64,000 bases of DNA from an uncultured Gammaproteobacteria bacterium (lineage in GTDB: Bacteria > Patescibacteriota > Patescibacteriia > UBA10025 > JAHIVO01): assembly GCA_964415025.1 (NCBI GenBank), contig CAYPXF010000001.1:78629-142628 (forward strand), written 5' to 3'. Under the pieces are notes generated by a model. That model saw nothing but the letters and a program-made list of their open reading frames with translations. It did no database searches and was not told the DNA's origin. Position numbers and translations under genes: made by a program. Numbering within the stretch: the first letter of the stretch is position 1; every line of letters starts with the position of its first letter. Shown here piece by piece: positions 1-8,628 of this stretch.

Positions 1-33
1 TTTTTTTAATACTTTGTCAGGAAGGAGGAGGTC

Positions 34-396
34 ATGCACACACGGAGTGGCATACCCCGGGACGCGCATCCAACATTTGTGGACGCATTTGATCAATGGT
101 CAAAAAAACATTCGGCAGTGCAGGACGCGGCCGAACTACGCGGCGCCGCCAAAGAACTCGGTTTCGACGATCTGATGCAGTTGGCGGCCGGACAACGCCA
201 GATGCCGCGGCTACATCCTGAAATCAGGGCCATAGCCCTGATCGAGCTGGCAAGTCGCGCGCTCACTGGTACGCAGATTACGGCAGTACGGGAAGCCTGG
301 GCTGGTATACAATTCTACGCCCTGGATTCACTAAAGCACTTTGCCACTATTAAGGAGCGTCAACTGCTCAAACAATTGCTCGGCCAATCACTATAG
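34..396 (+). CDS. hypothetical small protein (120 aa)
   Basis: ORF with upstream GGAGG (tcaggaaggaggaggtcATG); no recognisable motif; followed by a bidirectional terminator. Confidence 0.35.
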   Translation: MHTRSGIPRDAHPTFVDAFDQWSKKHSAVQDAAELRGAAKELGFDDLMQLAAGQRQMPRLHPEIRAIALIELASRALTGTQITAVREAWAGIQFYALDSLKHFATIKERQLLKQLLGQSL

Positions 397-407
397 TACT
401 TTTTACG

Positions 408-445
408 CCAAAAGCCCTGTATAATACCAGGGCTTTTATTTTTTA
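408..445. terminator. bidirectional rho-independent terminator
   Basis: hairpin aagccctg-gtataata-ccagggctt followed by a T-run; A-run on the other side; sits between convergent genes. Confidence 0.5.
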
Positions 446-527
446 TGCGCTAGAATACCTCCGCCGATCACAAAGAAATGTTATCAAAAAACTCACCACA
501 TATAATATGTGCTGCGGATACTGCGCG

Positions 528-3365
528 CTATTTCTTGCTCTCTACTCCGCCTTCCTTGGCCAACGGTATCTGCACGTGAAATGTCGAACCCTTGCCCTCG
601 CCGGCAGACTCGACCCAGATCTTACCGCCATGCGCCTCGGTTAGGCGCCGGGCCACGTACAGCCCCAGACCTGAACCGTCGGGATTAACCTGGGCAATGC
701 CGTAGCCGCGTACGAATTTGGTAAATAGTTTCTTCGCCTCTTCCGGCGGGATGCCGCGGCCGGTGTCGTGCACAGAAAAATGCATCATGCCACCGTCAAC
801 CTCTGTCTTCAGGGTGATACTGCCCTCGTCAGTGTATTTGATGGCATTGTCAGTCAGGTTCATGATCACGTCGCCGAGCTTGTCCGCATCAGCCATAACC
901 GGCGGCAATGGTTTATCCGGCTTGTCATACACGAGCTTCAGATCCTTATCTTCGGCCGCCTTACCTACTACGTGCGCTTCTTTTTCTACCAGCTCTTCGA
1001 ACTGGACCTGACGCTTGTTCAGCTCCAGCTTGCCGGATTCAATCTTGGACACGTTCAAGAACAAGTTGATAAGCCGGATCATACGCTGTGATTCCTCCAG
1101 CAAACCCTGCAGGACTTTATTCTGCTCATCCGGCACTTTGCCAAAGTCTCCCTGCAGGATCATGGACAAGTATCCCATAATACCGGTCATCGGCGTACGC
1201 AGTTGGTGCGAGGCAATGGACACAAACTCTGACTTAGCCTGATCCAGCTGCTGCAGATGTTTGTTCGCCTCGGCCAGGTCACGATTCGAATCCTCCAGCT
1301 GGCGATACAGCTCGATGTTCCGGTACACGATCCCAGTCTGGTTGCACAAGGCCTTCATCATGGACAGGTCGGTTTCCTTGAGCTCGCCTGGATCGCGCTC
1401 TAGCAAGAAATCAATAACACCGACAATGCCTTCTTCCGAATAAATCGGCACGGCGATAATCGTCTTAATACCCAGATGCTCCTGGATTTTCTTGGCTACC
1501 TCTGCCGGAATCGGCGGCGAGATAAAATCGGCAAAGTCTGTGCCGATCTGCACTTTGCCGAGCTTAATCGCTTTGATAGAGCGTGTTTTGTCATTACGGT
1601 AATCACCGTAATATGAATCAAAGGGCTTGGGCAGCAGTTTTAATACTTCCTGTGTTTTTTTGGTCTGGGTCACCGCGTCGGGAAACAACTTATGCTTGTT
1701 CTTGCCTAAAAATAACAAAATCCCTCCTAAATACCCGAGCTCGGTAGTAATGCTGTCAGTGATAGCCTGGGTTACCTTATGAAAGTCCAGGGTACGGGTG
1801 ATGAGGTTGGTGACCTTTTGCAGGGCCGAGAGGAATCTGTTTTGCTCCTGCAGCTGGAGGTTGGTATTGCGCAGGCCTTCGGTGGCTACGGCGACTTCCT
1901 TCTTCAGTCGTTCAGTAAACTGCCTGGCTTCCTCATACAGCCGGGATTTTTCCAGTGCTGAAGCCAGCTGCGGCCCGATCAGAGTCAGCAGATCAATGTC
2001 TTCAGAGCCGAACGGGTCGCCGGACAGCTTAGGTCCCATGACCAGCACGGCATTTAAATTGTTTCCTACCATTACTGGTGCAACCACGGCCGCGTCCAGC
2101 GCATCCAAGGCTTTTTTTGATTGTTCCAGTTTTTTACGCTCTGCTTCGTCCTGGGTATCTTCAATTTTCCGTTCCAATGCTTCGAGTACGATAATTTCCT
2201 TGCGCTCGTTCAGGAAATGTACCAGCGGATTGTCATGCGACAGCCGGTCATCTAACTCCCCATTATTATCCTCTTCCTTGCCTTTTATTTTTTTACCGTT
2301 CGCGTCCAGCCGGCCCTTGCGTTTGTAGTACGCTCCCCCGGCCCGGCCGGATAAATACACGCTGACATTTTTGATTTTGAGCCTGTTCTCCAGTTTGCGC
2401 GACAGCGAGTACAGCAGGACGTCCATATCGATTTCCCTGTTAATGATCCGGCTTAGCTCCTGCAACAGCTTCTGATAATCAATCCGCGCTTTGAAAAATA
2501 ATTGGTCAGTGGCCTTGGCAATACCGCGTTTGAGGGGGTCGAGGATAAGAACGATGAAGATGGATACGGCGATTGATATTACTGTTTTGGTTGTTAGACT
2601 TACAGCGAGTATTTCTGGAAGGAGAAGTGTTAATCCAACGACTGTTACTGAAATAAGAAGGACCACGAGTGAATAGGTGATCGTTCTTAATATTATCAAG
2701 CGAATGTCTAACAACCTATGTTTAACAATTGCATAAGCAGTGAAAGCGATAAAGATAATAGTTGATGGTGGACCAATAATGCTTAATCTAGAAATTCCAA
2801 AAAGAGGCAATACACCACTTACAAATATAGCTAAAAAGGCTGTTATAGTTATCCCGGTTAAGATATATCTTAGCTGCTGTTTCAGAATCCCTGAAGCTCC
2901 TCTAAACTTCTTAAAAAGATTTCTTATTGTTATACCAAGATATAAGACAAAGTATAAATTAAATATAAAATAAACAGGCCCAGGAGTTATCTCGCCCCCC
3001 CAATCATGATGAACAGTGTCAGATATGTTTAATGAGGTAAATGCTAAAGGAAAAAGTATGATTGTGGGCAGAAAAATAAGAAATATTTTTTTTCTACTTA
3101 ATTTCTTTTTTTTACCACTAAAATAATATGAAAATAATACCATAAATGGCAGCATCAGAATTGGACCAATAATTGTCATTCTTGCCCAGAATAAATCAGT
3201 TATAACCATGTCCGCCATTAATACACTAAATATCCAAAAACAAACACTAAATGTCATCAAAGAAAAAATACGATTTACTGTTCTACGAGAATTTCTAACA
3301 AGAACTAATAACGCAATTGTTAAAGTTGCCAAAAAAACTGGTATGTATGTGAAGTAATTAATCAT
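528..3365 (-). CDS. membrane sensor histidine kinase (N-terminal 7TM sensor module, GAF domains, HisKA, HATPase_c)
   Basis: multi-TM N-terminus; HisKA H-box SEFVSIASHQLRTPMTGIMGY; HATPase_c N/G boxes NLTDNAIKYT, DTGRGIP, GSGLGLYV; 945 aa. Confidence 0.85.
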   Translation of the reverse strand: MINYFTYIPVFLATLTIALLVLVRNSRRTVNRIFSLMTFSVCFWIFSVLMADMVITDLFWARMTIIGPILMLPFMVLFSYYFSGKKKKLSRKKIFLIFLPTIILFPLAFTSLNISDTVHHDWGGEITPGPVYFIFNLYFVLYLGITIRNLFKKFRGASGILKQQLRYILTGITITAFLAIFVSGVLPLFGISRLSIIGPPSTIIFIAFTAYAIVKHRLLDIRLIILRTITYSLVVLLISVTVVGLTLLLPEILAVSLTTKTVISIAVSIFIVLILDPLKRGIAKATDQLFFKARIDYQKLLQELSRIINREIDMDVLLYSLSRKLENRLKIKNVSVYLSGRAGGAYYKRKGRLDANGKKIKGKEEDNNGELDDRLSHDNPLVHFLNERKEIIVLEALERKIEDTQDEAERKKLEQSKKALDALDAAVVAPVMVGNNLNAVLVMGPKLSGDPFGSEDIDLLTLIGPQLASALEKSRLYEEARQFTERLKKEVAVATEGLRNTNLQLQEQNRFLSALQKVTNLITRTLDFHKVTQAITDSITTELGYLGGILLFLGKNKHKLFPDAVTQTKKTQEVLKLLPKPFDSYYGDYRNDKTRSIKAIKLGKVQIGTDFADFISPPIPAEVAKKIQEHLGIKTIIAVPIYSEEGIVGVIDFLLERDPGELKETDLSMMKALCNQTGIVYRNIELYRQLEDSNRDLAEANKHLQQLDQAKSEFVSIASHQLRTPMTGIMGYLSMILQGDFGKVPDEQNKVLQGLLEESQRMIRLINLFLNVSKIESGKLELNKRQVQFEELVEKEAHVVGKAAEDKDLKLVYDKPDKPLPPVMADADKLGDVIMNLTDNAIKYTDEGSITLKTEVDGGMMHFSVHDTGRGIPPEEAKKLFTKFVRGYGIAQVNPDGSGLGLYVARRLTEAHGGKIWVESAGEGKGSTFHVQIPLAKEGGVESKK

Positions 3366-4701
3366 TGGAGGTATAAGCTAAATAAACATCCGAATCGATC
3401 TTCGTGGCATCAAATTTAGCAAAGATTGATAATAAACGAGCAAAATATCTACCTTTTTTCTTAGTAAGACTTAGTCTAATAACGTTGGGTAGCAGTGGCG
3501 CTCTTTCAATATTTAAGTCTTTTCTGAACTTATATCCATTAATCTTTTCACTCCAATCTGCCAATATTCTTGCATTTCCTTTTGTTCCCTGGTTTTTTAG
3601 CAAATCCCTAGTTCCAGCAACAAATAGTATCAAATATGCAAATGCAGGCATTTTTTTTGAGGTTAGTATCAATTTAATATAGGCATCTGCGATTCTCCAT
3701 CCCTTAGAAACCCAATTTGCTTTATCAGAATTTTGTTTTCCAATTAACAAGTATAAACCTTTAATTTTATTATCCTCGTCAATTAATAAATACTTATCAT
3801 AACTTGGATTTGATAGATAACTAATAAATTCATCTCTAGTATACTCAAGCTTTTGAGGAGAACTCTTATTAATACCTTTTAGTCTATTATGATATAAATC
3901 ATAAATAATATTTTTGTAATCTTCCGGGATTATATTGGCTTTAGAAATAAAAAACCTATTTTTAAAAAAAATACTATTAAATTTATAAATTATTTGACTT
4001 TGATGATTTTTTTCTGAATCAATAAATTGGCCAAATATTTGAAGTAAGTACTCCGCTCTGGTTTTTTTATTTAATGTTTCTTGCCAATGTATATGCGCAA
4101 AAGTCTCCTCATCTAATAAATGCATCTTACCGTTATTATTACCATTTCTATTTAATATTTCATCAGCAAAATATAAATTAGATAATTTTAAAGATATTTC
4201 TGAGTAGTTCATAACTAAATAAACCTTCTGATTCATATACTTACTGACCTCCACATACAAAGATTCTAGTAATTTTATGTAATTAAGTATTTTATTTTTA
4301 AATAACTCATCTGTATATTTAGATAATATAAACCCACAATTATCCCCTATAAGGAAAAGGGGGGTCCTGTTTCCCATGATCACATTTTTGTTTTTTTTAT
4401 TTTTATTATCATAAAAGTATTCAAATGAATAATGTGATTCCGGATACAGAGCTAGATCGTCAGTCACGAACCAATAACCTAAGAAATTATTGTTTCGTAA
4501 TACACTAATTTTAAGTATTTTCTCATTTTCACAAATACTATCAAATAGTTCTCTAGATAAACTGGGCTTACTTTGCACGGAAGATTTATAGTTTTCTTTG
4601 TAACCACAATAAAAGCCCCACCACTTAAATCTATCTTCATAATCAAGTAATTTAGTTTTTATTTTAATTTCTACACCATTATTCATTTTTTCTCCAAACA
4701 C
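3358..4701 (-). CDS. hypothetical protein (447 aa), AT-rich, Lys/Asn-rich; possibly a FemAB/GNAT-like acyltransferase fold (speculative)
   Basis: long ORF overlapping the downstream methyltransferase by 23 nt (operon-like); composition clearly more AT-rich than neighbours. Confidence 0.4.
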   Translation of the reverse strand: MFGEKMNNGVEIKIKTKLLDYEDRFKWWGFYCGYKENYKSSVQSKPSLSRELFDSICENEKILKISVLRNNNFLGYWFVTDDLALYPESHYSFEYFYDNKNKKNKNVIMGNRTPLFLIGDNCGFILSKYTDELFKNKILNYIKLLESLYVEVSKYMNQKVYLVMNYSEISLKLSNLYFADEILNRNGNNNGKMHLLDEETFAHIHWQETLNKKTRAEYLLQIFGQFIDSEKNHQSQIIYKFNSIFFKNRFFISKANIIPEDYKNIIYDLYHNRLKGINKSSPQKLEYTRDEFISYLSNPSYDKYLLIDEDNKIKGLYLLIGKQNSDKANWVSKGWRIADAYIKLILTSKKMPAFAYLILFVAGTRDLLKNQGTKGNARILADWSEKINGYKFRKDLNIERAPLLPNVIRLSLTKKKGRYFARLLSIFAKFDATKIDSDVYLAYTSND

Positions 4702-5365
4702 TTACCCAAATAAAATAAAGTAGTAAAAATGATTTATCTAAATACATCCTGTTTTTGGTCATCATTTCTTTTAACTCACTCCGAGTGTAATATTTTGCAT
4801 ATGGTTCATCAAAGTACTTTGATTTGAGTAATTTTGTCCACTTTTTTCTAAGAAAACCATCTTGGACTGGATCTAGTAAAATAAATATTCCTTTTTCATT
4901 CAAATATCCACGAAATTTATTTAGTACCTTTGATTGATTATCATAATGGTGAAATGAATTCGAACAAATAACGACATCAAATTTTTTATTTACGTGATAT
5001 TCATGAACATCAGTATTTATAAATTTTATTTTAATATTTTTTGTATTAATAAATTTTAACCTAGCAATATTTAGCATCTCATCCGAAACATCCACCCCCG
5101 TAAAATCTAAAAATGGATATTCTGAGGATAATTTCTTTAATAATGTACCAGTCCCACACCCAACATCAAGAACTGAATTGATTACGTTATTTTTATAGTG
5201 ACTACTAACTAAATTTACAACTTTGCCAGCACTGTATTTAAAATATAAATCCCAAAAACCTTTTTTTTCGTAGCTTCTTGCTAGTGAATTAAACTGCTTT
5301 TGAGATTGTTGAGCATTATTAACCACCCAAATAAAAAAAATTCTTATGTTTATATCATACCACAT
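4679..5365 (-). CDS. class I SAM-dependent methyltransferase (small-molecule type)
   Basis: motif I VLDVGCGTGTLLKKL, post-I acidic residue, FDVVICSNSFHHY motif. Confidence 0.75.
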   Translation of the reverse strand: MWYDINIRIFFIWVVNNAQQSQKQFNSLARSYEKKGFWDLYFKYSAGKVVNLVSSHYKNNVINSVLDVGCGTGTLLKKLSSEYPFLDFTGVDVSDEMLNIARLKFINTKNIKIKFINTDVHEYHVNKKFDVVICSNSFHHYDNQSKVLNKFRGYLNEKGIFILLDPVQDGFLRKKWTKLLKSKYFDEPYAKYYTRSELKEMMTKNRMYLDKSFLLLYFIWVSVWRKNE

Positions 5366-5531
5366 TTTCCCGTTTTTTGCAACTTACCGAAAATAACAAA
5401 ACAGCCCTCATTGTACTGAAAATTTGGGCATTAGCAGTGTTATTGTGGGGAAGCATGGGGTGTGTTTTTATTTTTTCGTTGGTTTTATTTTAGCATAAAA
5501 GTACAAATTATTTAAATTAGCAGCTGAATTT

Positions 5532-6164
5532 TTATTCTGTATCAAATGCAAACGATTGTATTATGCCCTGATATATATTTGTGTATTCAGTTGTCTTTTC
5601 TTGATTGGCAATAATGCCGGATATAATATATCCAGTTCCATCACGAATAATATAGGTATTGATGTTGTACCCATATCCCTCATTGGTTACCTGATATGCT
5701 GGCAGGTCACTAACTGTCATCTCCTCTTCATCTACGATATAGTCCTGGAATCCTCCTTTTCGTGAAAAATCTGCCAAAGAATTACCGGGATAATTATCTA
5801 CGTAGACTTCCAATTTCATGCCCTGAATAAGATCCCCGTCAGTCTCTTGGGCCTGCGCTTCAGGATCAAATAACATCACCAGATCGGCTTTGGAAGTTTT
5901 CTTATCAAGCTGCCAATCTGAAGGAACAATAAAAGAATAATTATATATTGTGTTAGTAATATTGATTCCAGAGTCTACCTGCTGTGTCATAATCACTTCT
6001 TCAGCAGTACGCCTGCTATTTAGATTATTATTCTGATTTATAATATTAACCGGGGTATTATTATTTTGTATTGATGGTTGCTCCCCGTTTTGTCTATTTA
6101 AAAACAGTATTGCAGATACTACTACTAATATAAATATAATAGTTATAAATATTTTTTTACTCAT
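5532..6164 (-). CDS. N-terminally anchored secreted/membrane protein, hypothetical
   Basis: N-terminal TM/signal MSKKIFITIIFILVVVSAILF followed by a hydrophilic domain. Confidence 0.45.
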   Translation of the reverse strand: MSKKIFITIIFILVVVSAILFLNRQNGEQPSIQNNNTPVNIINQNNNLNSRRTAEEVIMTQQVDSGINITNTIYNYSFIVPSDWQLDKKTSKADLVMLFDPEAQAQETDGDLIQGMKLEVYVDNYPGNSLADFSRKGGFQDYIVDEEEMTVSDLPAYQVTNEGYGYNINTYIIRDGTGYIISGIIANQEKTTEYTNIYQGIIQSFAFDTE

Positions 6165-6270
6165 ATAAATGATTACAATACGCTATAGAGAAATGGATGG
6201 AGAATACCAGACATGGTATCAATTATTTTTTATGGTGCATAAAATGATAGCAGTAAAATCAATTAATATC

Positions 6271-6525
6271 TTAATCTGCTAGCAGCACAAGTGCATGACC
6301 AGGCCAGAACAATATTTGAAAAATTGAACGTACAATGATTACAAATACTGCGCTAACCCTAGAAAAATCTCCCTCATTTTGTAATTCTTTTGTGGACGCA
6401 GCATGCTGATCAGGAAACAACAAAATAAAAACAACACCTACAACGGTATATATTGCTAAAACAATAAAAAAAATAATGATGCTTTGACGATGTTTCATAA
6501 AAGTAAATGTATGCTGACCCCTCAT
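6271..6525 (-). CDS. small membrane protein, hypothetical
   Basis: 84-aa ORF with two hydrophobic segments; weak. Confidence 0.25.
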   Translation of the reverse strand: MRGQHTFTFMKHRQSIIIFFIVLAIYTVVGVVFILLFPDQHAASTKELQNEGDFSRVSAVFVIIVRSIFQILFWPGHALVLLAD

Positions 6526-6549
6526 AAAAATGAAAGGTCAGCATCACAG

Positions 6550-7146
6550 TCAATACGTTTTTACCCGTAAATAGTACCTTATGTACCCAGCACCAAATGC
6601 AGAGTAAAGACATGATCCGACAACGCCGGTCACACGCTGATAACCTCCTTCCATCCAGGACCAGCTAGTGATATGGCCACCGTAGCACGCACGAATCGCC
6701 CAGTAGAGCGCCCAGTTGGGAGTAGTAAAGTAATATCCTTGCTGTGAACCGGCCCACCATTTATATTCGAGTCGGAGGTCATAGTCATGACCAGAATAAT
6801 AGTAGTAAGCGGCATACGCGATAATGGTTTGGCTAGTAGCGACTTTCGCTTGATGTTGATTCTGATGAGCAATAAATGCCGCTACCATCTCCTGTTCTTC
6901 TGCCGCGCTTATTTCGGGTACCACTCCAGAATCCCGCAAGGCGTAATAGTTCTGCAGCATCTCTTCAAGAGTTTCCGTGCCACTATATCTGACCGCGGCG
7001 GTCTGCTGACGTGCTTCTGACGGTATATTACCTTGCTCACCGACTGTTGATTGTATTGGAGATTCTTTTTCTGAACAACCAATAACAACCAACAATAGTA
7101 TGGTAGCAATCACTACCATGTGCTTAGAATGCTTCAAAAATATCAT
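6550..7146 (-). CDS. lipoprotein, hypothetical (Tyr/Gly/Trp-rich C-terminus)
   Basis: signal peptide plus lipobox LLLVVIGC-S. Confidence 0.5.
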   Translation of the reverse strand: MIFLKHSKHMVVIATILLLVVIGCSEKESPIQSTVGEQGNIPSEARQQTAAVRYSGTETLEEMLQNYYALRDSGVVPEISAAEEQEMVAAFIAHQNQHQAKVATSQTIIAYAAYYYYSGHDYDLRLEYKWWAGSQQGYYFTTPNWALYWAIRACYGGHITSWSWMEGGYQRVTGVVGSCLYSAFGAGYIRYYLRVKTY

Positions 7147-7645
7147 TTCACTATCCTCACTTTCTTCGATTTCAGTGTTTGATTGTAAATAGCAGTTTTT
7201 CTTTCAGAAAGACCCACATGTGTTTTCTGAAAGCGCCCCCTTTTGGTGCCCCCTTAGTAAAGGTTAGGTGTCATAGGCATCGACCTCCTGTAGGCCTTAG
7301 GCAAATTCCGTTATGCAGAATTAGCCGACGGGCCTTACGTTTGAAAATGAACTGTTTTAGTTGGATGTTTTTTGATATTTAATGTTTTTCCACATGATTT
7401 GCCGACGGCTATTCTATGCGACGGCGCAAGATAAAAATACTGATTAAACTCTAATTAAATTAACTTTTTGATTTGTTATATTTTTTTTCTTTGTATACAG
7501 AGTCGTCTTTTTTTTCATGAGCAATCATCATTTCTACCTTTATTTTAGCATTTTTTAAACCATAAGAAAAGAAAGTATGTACTAATAAATACACACATTT
7601 GACATTATGTTGTAGTGAGGTGTAGGTAGTTTGCCGCAGCTCGGT

Positions 7646-7710
7646 GCCCGCTTCGCGGGAGATCCTTCACCCACACACCATATGATGGTGTGGGGTTCTG
7701 GATGACAAAT
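7646..7710 (+). repeat. two-hairpin GC-rich intergenic motif, copy A
   Basis: about 80% identical to 16119-16183; hairpin cccgcttcgcggg plus hairpin cccacacacca/tggtgtggg with a compensatory change in copy B. Confidence 0.55.
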
Positions 7711-7805
7711 AAGTTGTGGCCAATACTTTATGACAAATGTGTCGTGTTATGGAGGGACTCAACTAACGGTAGTCATTCAGGGTCCGTAATACACTTATCA
7801 TGCAT

Positions 7806-8336
7806 TTATTCCCTGGTGAAATCAATAATCGGGTATATACGAAAACATGAATTGAGCCATTCCTGCCCCCTCTTCTTCTCCAACCAAAAATTAAAACTAG
7901 AATAATCGTAATCTTGCATTTCGTTCACATAATCATGCTTGATGGGATTGTGATGGATGTAATTAAAGTGTTTCCAAAAGTCTGCTTCGTCCCTGATGCA
8001 GTGATCCCAGTAATTATGAAATAACTTAGTTCCTTGGGTGCGGTTCATTTTATTAATTCTATATGAGATTCCTCCGTGTATTTTTTGCATCAGTTGAGGC
8101 AACTTTTCCGCGTTTCTTACTTTGAGCAGTAAATGATAGTGATCTTTTAATATAACCCATGCGATTAAATCGTAGCTCGCTCTCCGGATTTCAGCCTTTA
8201 GGCTGTGGAGTAGTATCTTTTTCATTTCATCCGATTCAAACACGGCACGTTTTTTATGTGTACGAGAGGTTATAAAATAGTACATATTATCTAAAAACAG
8301 ATGTGGTGGGTGGTGAAACTTGTTCATATATGTCAC
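7806..8336 (-). CDS. IS200/IS605-family (Y1 HUH, RAYT-like) transposase
   Basis: HUH motif HYHLLL; size (about 170 aa) and sequence typical of Y1 transposases; the annotated GTG start may really be the internal ATG (MNKFHH). Confidence 0.7.
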   Translation of the reverse strand: MTYMNKFHHPPHLFLDNMYYFITSRTHKKRAVFESDEMKKILLHSLKAEIRRASYDLIAWVILKDHYHLLLKVRNAEKLPQLMQKIHGGISYRINKMNRTQGTKLFHNYWDHCIRDEADFWKHFNYIHHNPIKHDYVNEMQDYDYSSFNFWLEKKRGQEWLNSCFRIYPIIDFTRE

Positions 8337-8616
8337 GCTAAAGTCTGGAATCCTTGGAGCGGTGGTCGGGGACTACAACCTTTGGGCTACTTAACCGGGT
8401 GCTGTCTCACCCTAAAGGGTGAAATCCTGGAGACGACCTGGACTCCTCAACCTCCACACACTCGGTTTCGGAGGGCAAGCGAAAGCTTGGAACGGTTTAC
8501 GGTTTTGCAGGCTCTCGCCTGGACTCCGAACAGGTGCGGTTGTGTGAAAGTTTTGCTATATATCACGCTAAAGCGTGGAATCCTTGAGCGGCTACGGATT
8601 ACAGCCTTTAGGCTGG
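8326..8616 (+). repeat. two direct copies of a roughly 60-bp repeat (tatatRtcacgctaaagNNtggaatccttgagcgg...tacaRcctttRggct) separated by about 170 bp
   Basis: direct comparison of 8326-8390 and 8556-8616; contains the palindrome cagcctttaggctg, which also occurs inside the transposase gene at about 8190. Confidence 0.5.
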
Positions 8617-8628
8617 CAACTTTACTGC

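Noticed and set aside
1270-1300. tRNA-like T-arm string (cacgattcgaatcctcc)
   Set aside because: Lies inside the histidine-kinase coding frame and has no acceptor or anticodon stems; no tRNA or rRNA genes are detectable anywhere in the window.
8326-8616. Possible CRISPR array or structured ncRNA (RNase P/tmRNA) in the repeat block upstream of the transposase
   Set aside because: Only two imperfect copies of a 60-bp unit with a 170-bp spacer and no cas genes; no RNase P or tmRNA conserved motifs; better explained as IS/REP-associated repeats.
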